A stretch of DNA of 64,000 bases from a virus (IMGVR_UViG_3300010352_000625:142670-206669), one strand, 5' to 3'. Positions 46,490-57,227 are shown, counted from the stretch's first letter. Notes: a model not told the origin generated them from the letters alone. Made by a program: numbers and translations.

Positions 46490-47281
46490 GTGCTACTGCA
46501 TATGGATTTATGGAACCTACTTACCAAGATATTAGGTAAGAAATTGTCTGATGGTAAAAATTATCTAATAATGCTAATAGTTTTAGTAGTTATAAGTTTA
46601 AATTTATTAGGTTTTGATATTGCTAAATTATCAAACACACCATATATAATTATAATATTGTTTTTACTTAATTACATTATTAATATATTAACAGATACAT
46701 ATACAATGAATAAATTAAGTGATATACAAAGATCCTTAGATGAAAACAATGAAATAATTGAGTTAATAGAAAATAATATAGAAAAAACTGATATAATTAA
46801 TGCTAATATTAATAAAATAAAAGAAAATAATACTGAATTAGCAATTAAAATAAAAGATGTATTAGTTGAAGTAAGTGGTAAACCTAGTCTACCAACAATA
46901 TTAATTATAACAAAAGCTGATACTAGAACCTTATTACATGACTTATTTAATGAATGTTTAAATTATACTTTAATTTGTAATGAAAATAATGTTAATATTG
47001 CCAATGAAAATTTAAAAAATAATTTAGAAGAATATATAAACGATTACTTAAATACTATGCATAGAACTCTGAGTATATATGATAACAAAGAATTATTAAC
47101 AAGTGAATTAAAAAACAAATTAAACAGTGTAATTGAAATCATTTTAAAAGAGATTCAAACAAATAAAAATGTCAATGAAAAATTGTATATACTATCAGTT
47201 ATATTAAAAAATAATAAGATTGAAATAGACCAAATGATAACTGATTATTTAAGAACTATGCAAACAAAATACATTGATTAA
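46490..47281 (+). CDS. Two-TM membrane protein with coiled-coil/helical soluble domain
   Basis: Two N-terminal hydrophobic helices followed by a heptad-rich region. Confidence 0.7.
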   Translation: MLLHMDLWNLLTKILGKKLSDGKNYLIMLIVLVVISLNLLGFDIAKLSNTPYIIIILFLLNYIINILTDTYTMNKLSDIQRSLDENNEIIELIENNIEKTDIINANINKIKENNTELAIKIKDVLVEVSGKPSLPTILIITKADTRTLLHDLFNECLNYTLICNENNVNIANENLKNNLEEYINDYLNTMHRTLSIYDNKELLTSELKNKLNSVIEIILKEIQTNKNVNEKLYILSVILKNNKIEIDQMITDYLRTMQTKYID

Positions 47282-47300
47282 AGAAGGGTAGTTAATTTGA

Positions 47301-48791
47301 ATGTACACTTTTATTGATGTTTTAAAAATTGAAAATATAGTTATATTAACTTTATTAACTCTAACTATGATTTATTTATTATTATCATTAATCAAAAATT
47401 ATCAATGTAAATATAAAATAATCATAGATAAATTATTAGAGTTACCAATACCACTATGCATAATTAATCTGTCTAATAATAAAATAGTAGACGGTAATCA
47501 ACCACTTAAAGATATTTTCAATATTAATAAAATTAAAAACACTGATATATCTGGGTTGAATATATTTAGTAAATTTGAAACTTATCTAGACATTAAAAAC
47601 ATATGTAAACATAGTGAAAGTAAAAATCATTCTAGAATAATATCGATAGATAATAATAATAGTAGATTATTTTTTAGAGTTGATTTTACTTATATTACTA
47701 TAGGGTATAAGAAATTTATGTTATTAACTTTAATTAATAACACAGATATGATTAATTATATTAAAAAATTAGGTGTATTAGCTAATGTTGTTGATAAATC
47801 ATCTGAAGGTATTATTATTTCAAGATATGAGAATGAAGCAGATGAGTATCCTAAAATTTTATATGCTAACAGTACATTAAAAGATATTACTGGTTATAAT
47901 GCAGATGAAGCAATAAATAAATCTATATCAGTATTGTTTGAAACTAATATAGATGAAAATACACTTATACAATTAAAAACAAATTTAAGAGAATTAAAGC
48001 CAACAACTTTAGAATATCAATATACAAAAAAGAATGGTCAAATTTGTTGGATAATTTCTGAAATAGTACCAATAACAAAAAGAAATATTTTTAGTTCTTT
48101 AGTGTGTTTAGATGATAATAGATGTCTAGATAATTTATATGAAGATGATATATCAGACATAGATATTTACATTACACTATATCAAAAAGACATCACAATA
48201 ATGAAAGATATGGGTTCTATACCTAAAGTATATTCTGAAAAATTAATTAACATGTTAAAATGCAAAGAAACATATGTTGAAATGATAGGTAGTATATTAA
48301 ATTTATATAATGAATATTTTAAATATATTCCAACTAGTAGAGACGATGTTTTAGAAATGTTAACTCCTCTTTTAGGTAAAGCTTTAAATTCAGATAGATG
48401 TTATATATCCAGCATTTATGATAAAGATGATAAAAAATATATACATAATTTAAGTGTTTGGTATAAAGATGAAAACATGAAAAATAAATTAGAGAGTAAT
48501 TTTAAATTAATGGATAACACTACATTTGAAGATATATCAGCATATCAGACTTATTCTCATATGATATCAAATAAAGTTTATAAACTCAATACAAAAAAGA
48601 TAAAAGTAGGTAGTTCTTTACAATTACTCGAAGCAAATGGGATTAAATCCAGTTTAAGATGTCCTATATATAAAGATAATAATTTAATTGGTATGATAAG
48701 TGCAGATGATTTTAATGATAATAACAGAGAATGGAATAATTCGGAAAAGTTAATTAGAACAGTAGCAGATAATATAACTAACATAATTTAG
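47301..48791 (+). CDS. Membrane-anchored PAS-PAS-GAF protein with no output domain
   Basis: N-terminal TM; ILYAN.....TGY...E.I and KKNG...W (PAS/PAC); LGKAL..DR.YI and GIKS.L..PI......G.I..D....REW (GAF); protein ends right after GAF. Confidence 0.78.
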   Translation: MYTFIDVLKIENIVILTLLTLTMIYLLLSLIKNYQCKYKIIIDKLLELPIPLCIINLSNNKIVDGNQPLKDIFNINKIKNTDISGLNIFSKFETYLDIKNICKHSESKNHSRIISIDNNNSRLFFRVDFTYITIGYKKFMLLTLINNTDMINYIKKLGVLANVVDKSSEGIIISRYENEADEYPKILYANSTLKDITGYNADEAINKSISVLFETNIDENTLIQLKTNLRELKPTTLEYQYTKKNGQICWIISEIVPITKRNIFSSLVCLDDNRCLDNLYEDDISDIDIYITLYQKDITIMKDMGSIPKVYSEKLINMLKCKETYVEMIGSILNLYNEYFKYIPTSRDDVLEMLTPLLGKALNSDRCYISSIYDKDDKKYIHNLSVWYKDENMKNKLESNFKLMDNTTFEDISAYQTYSHMISNKVYKLNTKKIKVGSSLQLLEANGIKSSLRCPIYKDNNLIGMISADDFNDNNREWNNSEKLIRTVADNITNII

Positions 48792-48804
48792 CAGTTTGTG
48801 TAAT

Positions 48805-48842
48805 AAAAAGAGATATTCTAATTAATAGATATCTCTTTTTTT
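48805..48842. terminator. Bidirectional terminator
   Basis: AAAAAGAGATAT...ATATCTCTTTTTT. Confidence 0.7.
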
Positions 48843-49326
48843 GTAATATATTAAACATTATTTAAAATCGTTGCTTATAGCAACGATTAATTGATGCAAA
48901 GCATCAATTTTCTATATATTAGAATGTATTGACCCACTCTCTTAAACTCAACTTTATTTATCTTATATTATATATTTTCAAATCTTTTTATATTTCTATA
49001 AACTTTATAAATTTATATTTTTATTATTGATCTAACTGATCTTTAATTTATCAACTTTTAAAATTTTCATAAAACAATCGGTGAACAAAAGTAATCAAAA
49101 TTAAGTCTAGGGACTCATTTTTAATAGAATCTCTAGACTTAGTTATATTATATATATTTTAATTCAGTAATAAATCTTACTGCTTTTGTTCGAACTCAGT
49201 AATATATTTTTCTAGTTCATTTTTTAATTTAATATTTTCTTCTTCTAACTCTTTATTTCTTTGCATCAATTCACAATCAGAGCATAAATCTACTAAATTA
49301 AAAAACATTTATTTAATCCCCAATCT

Positions 49327-49824
49327 TCACCAATCTAGAAACACAATACTAGCACCTATGGTACCAACAGCTACCTTTGCTGAAGAATCTTCTATATTAC
49401 TTATAGCATATGCTGTTAATCCAGTCACCAATATCTTTTCTATTAAACTCATGGTCTTTAATTTATTTACTTTCTTATGTTCTATATTATATATTTTTTC
49501 CCAGTTTTTAATATTATCGTCTTTATATCCAATTACTTGGTCTTTTAATGATATAGTATCTTTTAACACTAATATTCTTTGTTCCTGTATACTATCACCT
49601 TGTTTATGTAAATTTTTAAGTTCTTCAATAGATTTTTTTAAATAATCAACTTCTTCTTTATATACTTCCATTTTTTTATCATTTGTAACTAATTGATTAA
49701 ATACTTCTTCATCGACACTTATTCTACCATTTGATAATTTATAAGCAGGTGCTTCATCAGCAAATACAATAGTTGGTAATAATATTAAAAGTGCTATTAC
49801 CAAAATAAATATTTTTTTATTCAT
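49327..49824 (-). CDS. Secreted coiled-coil protein with hydrophobic C-terminus (spanin-like position)
   Basis: Signal peptide ending VFA-D; coiled coil; no lipobox Cys. Confidence 0.55.
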   Translation of the reverse strand: MNKKIFILVIALLILLPTIVFADEAPAYKLSNGRISVDEEVFNQLVTNDKKMEVYKEEVDYLKKSIEELKNLHKQGDSIQEQRILVLKDTISLKDQVIGYKDDNIKNWEKIYNIEHKKVNKLKTMSLIEKILVTGLTAYAISNIEDSSAKVAVGTIGASIVFLDW

Positions 49825-49840
49825 TTTTCTTTCTCCTTAT

Positions 49841-50398
49841 TTAACTTCTAGCATTATATGTATAAATTGGGTCTATAGGAAATTTTTCTTTTTCATAATC
49901 ATAAAATTTAGCTTCTCTTTGTGATATAAATTTAGCATTTAACATTTCTGATGTTAAATTAGAACTTCTTAATCTTTCTGGAATTATATGTACTGTTATT
50001 GCTGTAGGTACTCTATAATCTATTGCAGTTTCTTTATATAATTTTCTTAAAGCCATAACTCTTCCTCTACCTTCATGACTTTCAACTAACCACATATTAT
50101 ATTTTTTAAGCCATGATACAAATAATGTAGGAGAAGCAATTTTTTCACCATTAATTAATCTTTCAAAAATAATATCAACTACTTCTAATTCAGAATTTCT
50201 TGGTGGAACTAATAACTCAAAAATAATTAAATCCATTTTAACAGTAAATCCAAGATAATCTATATCACGATTAACTCCCATACAACCCATACCATGAGTA
50301 TTATCTAATAATTCATCTAAATCTTTAATATTAAGTTTATAAAATTGGTTATAACAATTAGATAATAATATTTTATCTAAATCACTAGGTTTAAACAT
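49841..50398 (-). CDS. ParB/Srx-like protein with KPSDLD tag
   Basis: MFKPSDLDKIL; I..P.L; HEGRGR. Confidence 0.55.
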   Translation of the reverse strand: MFKPSDLDKILLSNCYNQFYKLNIKDLDELLDNTHGMGCMGVNRDIDYLGFTVKMDLIIFELLVPPRNSELEVVDIIFERLINGEKIASPTLFVSWLKKYNMWLVESHEGRGRVMALRKLYKETAIDYRVPTAITVHIIPERLRSSNLTSEMLNAKFISQREAKFYDYEKEKFPIDPIYTYNARS

Positions 50399-50401
50399 AA
50401 T

Positions 50402-50776
50402 TTATATCTTTTTCTTTTTATATTTATTATTAATATAATTTAAATTATTGTCAGTATTATCTTTTTCTTTATCTATTTTTTCTATTTTTTTATCATAATC
50501 ATCTGTTTTTTGTTGTATTTCCTGTTCTTTATCATTTATTTTTTCTTTAATTGCTTCATGTTCTTTTTCTAAATTTTGTTCTGTTTTAATATTTTCATCT
50601 ACTTTATTTTCAATTACATCTATTTTTTCATTATTTTCTTTTATATTTTCTTTTATTCTATTTTCATTTTCATCTTTATTGAAAAAATATAAGTAAACAA
50701 TAGTACCTACTAATATTAAAGCACCAATTATCCAACCAATTATTCTTTTAATATTTTCCCATATTGTTTTAAGCAT
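50402..50776 (-). CDS. TM + coiled-coil protein (i-spanin-like)
   Basis: Single N-terminal TM and charged coiled coil, directly after the endolysin. Confidence 0.6.
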   Translation of the reverse strand: MLKTIWENIKRIIGWIIGALILVGTIVYLYFFNKDENENRIKENIKENNEKIDVIENKVDENIKTEQNLEKEHEAIKEKINDKEQEIQQKTDDYDKKIEKIDKEKDNTDNNLNYINNKYKKKKI

Positions 50777-50793
50777 ATAATATCACCTCTTAT

Positions 50794-51393
50794 TTAATTT
50801 TCTGTAAATTTACGCACACTATTTAATCTATTTAACCAACCTTTAAGAAACACTTTATAGTTCGGTTTTGAATTAGCTAATGCAATATAAAATTGTTCCC
50901 TTATATTATTATATTGTTTAACAAATACTGATATATCAGTGCTAACCAATACTTTATTTAAAGCAGATAAAGTTTGATTACCTATACTACCATCTATAGT
51001 TATTTTAGCATCACTAAATTTATTAATAGTAGTTTGCAAAAATTTACTTGCTCTACCTATACCACCATTAACAGCGATATCAAAATGAGCAAATGCTAAT
51101 GGATGAGGTAATTTATCACAACTACTTCTAATATAATAATTAACTTCATAAATTTTTTTAACTGAATCTAAATCAGTAGTTAATGATTCTATTGTAACTG
51201 TTTTAGCTACTAAACCTTCTGATTGAGCTTTAATTAATGCTCCAATTGTTATACCTCTGTTAGTACCATATAATTTACCACCATACCAATTACCAGTATC
51301 TTTAGGATTTTTAGTTAATCCACCTTCATAATTTAATACTAATTTTAAATAGATTTCTGGTAATTCATTATATTTTTTATTTTTTTCCAACAT
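50794..51393 (-). CDS. Endolysin, glycoside hydrolase family 108 with peptidoglycan-binding domain
   Basis: EGG....P.D.G; T.RGIT; FD.AVN.G; DG.IG..T; F.KGWLNR. Confidence 0.9.
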   Translation of the reverse strand: MLEKNKKYNELPEIYLKLVLNYEGGLTKNPKDTGNWYGGKLYGTNRGITIGALIKAQSEGLVAKTVTIESLTTDLDSVKKIYEVNYYIRSSCDKLPHPLAFAHFDIAVNGGIGRASKFLQTTINKFSDAKITIDGSIGNQTLSALNKVLVSTDISVFVKQYNNIREQFYIALANSKPNYKVFLKGWLNRLNSVRKFTEN

Positions 51394-51907
51394 TATTATT
51401 CATCTCTTTTAGTATATTATCTTCTTCTGATTCAATAATATCTGGATTTTTAATTTCTTCGGTTATATCATCTTCAGGTCCTAAATTTTCATCACAATCA
51501 TTAACACCATTATTATTTCTATCTATCCATTGTTGTTGCAAAGCTCTTCTATTTTCATTATCCATTTCTTTAACCCTTGACGTTGTATAAAAAGTTATAA
51601 ATAATGTAAGCATAGCAGTATAAGCAGTAGCATATATTACCCATTGCATATCAACCTTACCAGTAGTTTTATACATAAAAACAGTAACTTTATGTATATC
51701 AAAACATAAATAAAGTATAAAAAATAAAATTAAACGCCTTATTAACTTATATTTTTCTATAGAATCAATTAAAACAGTACCAGATTTTCTTGATATATTA
51801 GCTAATCTTCTTTGTGTATTATCAACAAATGTTTTAATGATAACAATTTTAGACATAAAAGGCTTAATTCTATTTCTTATTTTATCACTTATCAAAATTA
51901 TCAGCAC
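51377..51907 (-). CDS. Putative holin (two TM, acidic tail)
   Basis: Two hydrophobic segments; overlaps the endolysin start. Confidence 0.55.
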   Translation of the reverse strand: MLIILISDKIRNRIKPFMSKIVIIKTFVDNTQRRLANISRKSGTVLIDSIEKYKLIRRLILFFILYLCFDIHKVTVFMYKTTGKVDMQWVIYATAYTAMLTLFITFYTTSRVKEMDNENRRALQQQWIDRNNNGVNDCDENLGPEDDITEEIKNPDIIESEEDNILKEMNNNVGKK

Positions 51908-51969
51908 CTATCTAAATAAAATATCAGACTTATAGTCTGGTATTAATTTTAATATTAAGTTGATAATTG

Positions 51970-52554
51970 TTAAATAATGATTCTTTTATCACCATAGAAA
52001 TTGATAAAACCGTATGCTTTTAATATTGATTCAAGCTTATCTGTTTTATTATTAAACGGATAACAATAATCAATAGGTTTAATATTTAAATATTTATCAA
52101 ACCACTCTAACAATTTTTCTGTATCATTTTTTATATAATTCTCATCTTTAATAGATAAAAAACTTCTTGATATATCTATATTTTTATAATTTAATTTTCG
52201 TTTTAATTTATATTTAACATTTTCATGATAAAAAGAGTGTGCCCCTATAATATAACCTTTATCTATTAAAATTTTAATATGTTCTAATTTCATATAATAT
52301 TCATTACTATTATAATAAAAATGTCTAGACATAGCAATGTAAGTAGTAACATCTTCATCGTTAATTTCTTTAGTATTAACAAGACTTGGGCAAATAAAAT
52401 ATATTCTATTTTTATTATTTATTTTATCTTTATATTTAAACTGACTATAAAGACCATCATCAAATGTTAGTAATACATTTTTATCATACTTATTGATTAT
52501 ATTTATTATATTTTCATTTAATTCATGTATACATAAACATTTATCCTCTAACAT
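51970..52554 (-). CDS. Polysaccharide deacetylase (NodB-like)
   Basis: LTFDDG; IGAHSFYH; YCYPF. Confidence 0.85.
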   Translation of the reverse strand: MLEDKCLCIHELNENIINIINKYDKNVLLTFDDGLYSQFKYKDKINNKNRIYFICPSLVNTKEINDEDVTTYIAMSRHFYYNSNEYYMKLEHIKILIDKGYIIGAHSFYHENVKYKLKRKLNYKNIDISRSFLSIKDENYIKNDTEKLLEWFDKYLNIKPIDYCYPFNNKTDKLESILKAYGFINFYGDKRIII

Positions 52555-53491
52555 AATTTATATACTTATCAATGCCTTCGTACATATTAGTTATAATTTT
52601 AAATCCTAATTTTTCTTTAGCTTTACTATTATCCATATATATTGAATCTATATCGCCAAATTCTTTTTCTGGAAATATAGTATAATTAATTCTTTTACCT
52701 AATTTATTATATATGTAATCGCATACTTCTAATAATTTAATAGGTTCTTCATCTACAGTGATATTAAAAGTTTCACCACTTATCATATTATTTTCAATAG
52801 CCAACATGTTGGCTTCTACGATATTATCTATAAATATATACTGTCTTTTGCTCTGACCACAATTATATAAACCTATTTCTTCATTATTCATCATTTTATC
52901 AACCATTAATGGTACAAAACCTTTATAACCATAATATTTAATATCTGCTACAACATTAGCATATCTAAGTATAACAGTATTTATACCAAAATATTTATTA
53001 TAATAATTGATATATCTTTCACTATTGGCTTTAGTAATACCATACATTGCAATAGGGTCTAATTTATCTGTTTCAACTAATTTTTTATTTTGATTCCCGT
53101 AAACTGAAGAACTACTGGCAAATATAAATTTAGGTATTTTATATTCAACACAATAATTCAATAACGTAACAGTAAATTCTTCATTATGTATAAAATAATA
53201 AACATTTCGACTTGTACTATTATTCATTGAACCAATCAAACCCGCTAAATGTAAAATACAATCTATTTTATAAAAATCAAATAAAGGTAGAGTAGCAGAA
53301 TTTCTAGAATCCCATATCTCATTAAAATATTCAAATCTGTTATCAGTATTATTTATTTCGTTGATTCTTTCATATGGATTACTGATACAATTATCTACAC
53401 CAATTATTTTATAATCAGTATTAGCTAATAAATAATTAATTGTTTTAATTCCTATAGTGCCTAAGCACCCAGTTATCATTATTGTTTTCAT
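52541..53491 (-). CDS. NAD-dependent nucleotide-sugar epimerase/dehydratase
   Basis: TGCLGTIG; HLAG; ASSSSVYG; YGITK; LRYANV. Confidence 0.92.
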   Translation of the reverse strand: MKTIMITGCLGTIGIKTINYLLANTDYKIIGVDNCISNPYERINEINNTDNRFEYFNEIWDSRNSATLPLFDFYKIDCILHLAGLIGSMNNSTSRNVYYFIHNEEFTVTLLNYCVEYKIPKFIFASSSSVYGNQNKKLVETDKLDPIAMYGITKANSERYINYYNKYFGINTVILRYANVVADIKYYGYKGFVPLMVDKMMNNEEIGLYNCGQSKRQYIFIDNIVEANMLAIENNMISGETFNITVDEEPIKLLEVCDYIYNKLGKRINYTIFPEKEFGDIDSIYMDNSKAKEKLGFKIITNMYEGIDKYINYVRG

Positions 53492-53554
53492 TTCTTCATT
53501 ACCTCGATTTATTCTTTTTATATAGGGCCATTTAGCAAATATATAATATCTATA

Positions 53555-55189
53555 TTATTTTTTAACATAATTATATACTAAATTGTCTAATTTAGAATTT
53601 TTATCTTCTATCAAATTTTTATATACATAAGAACTGACTGCTAATGAATTTATTAAATTATTAGATTTTATTATATTCTTATTAATTAAATTTAAATATG
53701 GTTTTAATTTATATAATAATTTATATTTTTCATTAACTAAACTCTGTCTATCATAATCTTGTCTATAATAAATAATAGGGATATTATGTAGTTCATTATT
53801 AATAGCATTAAATTTTTTATCAATATTATTATAATTATAAAAATCTATTCCATATTTATTCGCATTAATATATAAATCAGATGAAAATTCTAATCTAAAA
53901 TCTTCATATATATTTATGTTATAGCTCAATTTAAATATTTCTATAAAATCATTATTATTTATTATTTTAAAATTAGGTATATTAGCCACCATATATATTT
54001 TATTGATATTAATATTATTATTCATTAATTTTTTATATATAAGTTTAAAATTATTAACAATATCTATTTTGTTTGAAGTATCTAAATAATCAGCACTAAC
54101 ATTTAATTTTAAATTTTTATATTGTTTTATTAATTGTATATCATCATCCGTTATCATTTTTAAATCTAAAAATATAGTTATTGGATTATTCATATCTAAG
54201 TTTAATATATAATTCATAAATTTTGCAAAATAACCTTCAGTATGATTTATTTCGTTATCAAATATATTAATATTAGTATAAGGATAATTATTTGCAAGAT
54301 AATTAAAATATGGTTTATACATGTCAATATCATCAATAATATCAAATCTACTTATATTATGTCCTATGCAAAATGGACAATTATTAATACAGCCATTAGA
54401 AAAAGATATACCAAAATTATTATTAAGTATGGAAGACATTTCATATTCTGTTATATTTAAGTCTAATACTTTGTTTTTATTCATGCCATAAACATAATTA
54501 TAATTGCAATTATTAATATAATTATGCACAACTGGTCCTATATCACCAATACAATATTCTATTTGTTTATCTGCATAATTTAAACCAATCGAATTTATTA
54601 AATTAACAATTGGATTATTAATTGTATTATTTCTACCACCGCCTATAATTATTTTGCTATTTTTATATTTTCTATGTAAGTAAAACATTAAAGATAATTG
54701 TATTGTTAGTAATGCCGAATTACAAGCTCCGTTTCTTTCACTTAATAAATATAAATCAGCATAAGGAATATTATTATATTGTTGTTCAAATACAATATTA
54801 TTTTCGTATTTATTAAATTTAATTGATGTTAAATATTCGCCTGTATTAATATTAGATAATAAATATTTTTCTTTATTTAAATAGTTTTCAATTACTATTA
54901 ATGCTGATGGTATAAATATTGTTCTAGCTATGGCATAACCAAAAGATTTATTAATTTTATAATAATCATAATAATATTTTGATAATATTTCATCTTCGCC
55001 TTCAAAAGCATCAGTTAATGATTTATTCATGTTATAATAATTGTTACTATCAAATTTTATATCATCTATATTTGCATCTATATAATAATAACTTAAATTT
55101 ACATTGCTATTTAAATTATATAAATAATTTTTAAGCTCTAAATATGTTTTATAACCACTACTATCTGTTATTATAAATAATATGTTCAT
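53555..55189 (-). CDS. Radical SAM protein with a possible B12-binding-like N-terminal domain
   Basis: IIIGG; SNGCINNCPFC; D.EIN. Confidence 0.72.
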   Translation of the reverse strand: MNILFIITDSSGYKTYLELKNYLYNLNSNVNLSYYYIDANIDDIKFDSNNYYNMNKSLTDAFEGEDEILSKYYYDYYKINKSFGYAIARTIFIPSALIVIENYLNKEKYLLSNINTGEYLTSIKFNKYENNIVFEQQYNNIPYADLYLLSERNGACNSALLTIQLSLMFYLHRKYKNSKIIIGGGRNNTINNPIVNLINSIGLNYADKQIEYCIGDIGPVVHNYINNCNYNYVYGMNKNKVLDLNITEYEMSSILNNNFGISFSNGCINNCPFCIGHNISRFDIIDDIDMYKPYFNYLANNYPYTNINIFDNEINHTEGYFAKFMNYILNLDMNNPITIFLDLKMITDDDIQLIKQYKNLKLNVSADYLDTSNKIDIVNNFKLIYKKLMNNNININKIYMVANIPNFKIINNNDFIEIFKLSYNINIYEDFRLEFSSDLYINANKYGIDFYNYNNIDKKFNAINNELHNIPIIYYRQDYDRQSLVNEKYKLLYKLKPYLNLINKNIIKSNNLINSLAVSSYVYKNLIEDKNSKLDNLVYNYVKK

Positions 55190-55206
55190 AATTTTTATAT
55201 TGATGC

Positions 55207-56160
55207 CTACTTATCAGTTAATTTAATAATTCTAATTTTTGGTATATCTATTTCACAACAATAATAACATTTACATATTTGTTTTTTATTTTTTAATATT
55301 TCTTTTATATTTTTATCATTAATTATATTAGCTAACGGTTTAGGTGTTGGATTTAATTCTGAGCATTGTTGACACGGATATATATTACCGTGACTAGTAA
55401 TAAACATTAGGTGTTTAGGTGTTTCGCATAAAAAATATTTAAAATTTCTAAGCATATATAAATCTAATTCAGATTCACTTATATATATTTCATTATTATT
55501 AATATCTTTTATACAATAATTTTTATTATAGTAATTTAAACTACTATCTAAGTTTGCTATTCTTTCAAATACATTATAATCTTCTTCTACCCATATATTA
55601 TTAATATTATCTTTAACTCTTTTAATCATAGAGTTTTTATATTTATTTTTTTGTAATTCAAATATATCATTAATATATTTCTTTTCCATCATTAAGATAT
55701 TATTAATATTATAATTATTCATATTATTAACTAAATATAAATAATTATTATAGAATGAATCTTCATCTATTATATTATAATGATAAGAAGGTTGATATTC
55801 ATTAATTTTATTAGTATTAACTATTTGTTTAAGATAATTAATATCGTAATTAAGATTAGTATCTAATCTTATATATAACCTATTATCAAGTCTATTAAGT
55901 ATATCTATAAAATTAGGATGTTGTGTACATTCTCCACCAAATAATGTTAATCGAACAATATCATAGTCATCTATTAAACTGTTAATAAAATCTATTATCT
56001 TATTATATTCTTCTTTATTTGAATATTCTTCTTTATGATGTAATGAGCAATAATTACATTTTAAATCACAATTATATGTAACAACCCATCTTATATAAAG
56101 AATATTGTTATCTAAATAATCTTTATGACAAAAATTTTTGATATTACTCATATTAAGCAT
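55207..56160 (-). CDS. Radical SAM protein (twitch/SPASM-like C-terminus)
   Basis: CDLKCNYC; FGGE; DTN; C..G.IYPC..C. Confidence 0.9.
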   Translation of the reverse strand: MLNMSNIKNFCHKDYLDNNILYIRWVVTYNCDLKCNYCSLHHKEEYSNKEEYNKIIDFINSLIDDYDIVRLTLFGGECTQHPNFIDILNRLDNRLYIRLDTNLNYDINYLKQIVNTNKINEYQPSYHYNIIDEDSFYNNYLYLVNNMNNYNINNILMMEKKYINDIFELQKNKYKNSMIKRVKDNINNIWVEEDYNVFERIANLDSSLNYYNKNYCIKDINNNEIYISESELDLYMLRNFKYFLCETPKHLMFITSHGNIYPCQQCSELNPTPKPLANIINDKNIKEILKNKKQICKCYYCCEIDIPKIRIIKLTDK

Positions 56161-56167
56161 ATTTTAA

Positions 56168-57226
56168 TTATATAGCCTCAATCTTAAATCTAAAATATAT
56201 ATCCTTACAGTTATAATTATCTTTAAAATAGACAGTGTGATTATTTTTATTATAATAAGTATCTCTAATATATTCAAACATATCTTCACTATTAATAATA
56301 GTGTACTTATTACTTATTTTTTCTGTATTATATAAATATAATATTGACCACTTTATTTTATTAATATCATTTATTTTTAACTTTATATCATTAATAGATA
56401 AATTAGAACAAGCATAATATTCTAATATTGGTATAGGTGTATTCCATTCTAATTTTGACATCATATTAATACTTGTACTACTACCCATTTTATGCGGATT
56501 AATTTCAGAAAGATAAATTTTATCATCATCTGTTATCATTAAATCTAAACCAATTATACCTAATATATTCATACTAATTAGTTTATTTGCAATATTAGTA
56601 ATAATCTCATCTGAATATTTATTTTCTTCTTCAGTTAGATTATTAGGATAAAAATTACCTCTAAACAAAACATTCTTATATATATATTGATTAGTTTTAT
56701 CTGATATTATATAACCATCTTTAAATAATATTAAATGAACAGATATATTCTTAATTATATTTAAATAAGGTGTTACTCTGGCATTAGTATTATTATTTTT
56801 AATTATATTATAAGTATTATAAATATTATTTTTATAAATTATAAAAGAACTATTACCGCCATAACCTTTATCTAATGTAACATATAATTTATTATTTCTT
56901 TTAAGCATATCTATACAAACTTTAAAAATATTATTACTATCTATAATAATACTATCAGGGAAAAACTCTTTAAAATCTATATATTGTTGTATCTTATCAA
57001 AATATTTATTAGCTTTAGGGTCTCTACCTATAATATGACTAGATAATGGTTTATTATTATATTCAAAATAATAATACATATAATCTTCATCTTTAACATT
57101 TAAATTATCAACATTACTAATATCTTTATATACTAAATCTTTATTTTCTTTTTTAAGATAATTATATAATACTTTACCTGAATATTTATATCTATTTCCA
57201 TGATTAACATAATTATAAAATATCAT
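56168..57226 (-). CDS. ATP-grasp protein
   Basis: GYGG; GIIGLD; YLSEINP. Confidence 0.75.
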   Translation of the reverse strand: MIFYNYVNHGNRYKYSGKVLYNYLKKENKDLVYKDISNVDNLNVKDEDYMYYYFEYNNKPLSSHIIGRDPKANKYFDKIQQYIDFKEFFPDSIIIDSNNIFKVCIDMLKRNNKLYVTLDKGYGGNSSFIIYKNNIYNTYNIIKNNNTNARVTPYLNIIKNISVHLILFKDGYIISDKTNQYIYKNVLFRGNFYPNNLTEEENKYSDEIITNIANKLISMNILGIIGLDLMITDDDKIYLSEINPHKMGSSTSINMMSKLEWNTPIPILEYYACSNLSINDIKLKINDINKIKWSILYLYNTEKISNKYTIINSEDMFEYIRDTYYNKNNHTVYFKDNYNCKDIYFRFKIEAI

Positions 57227-57227
57227 T

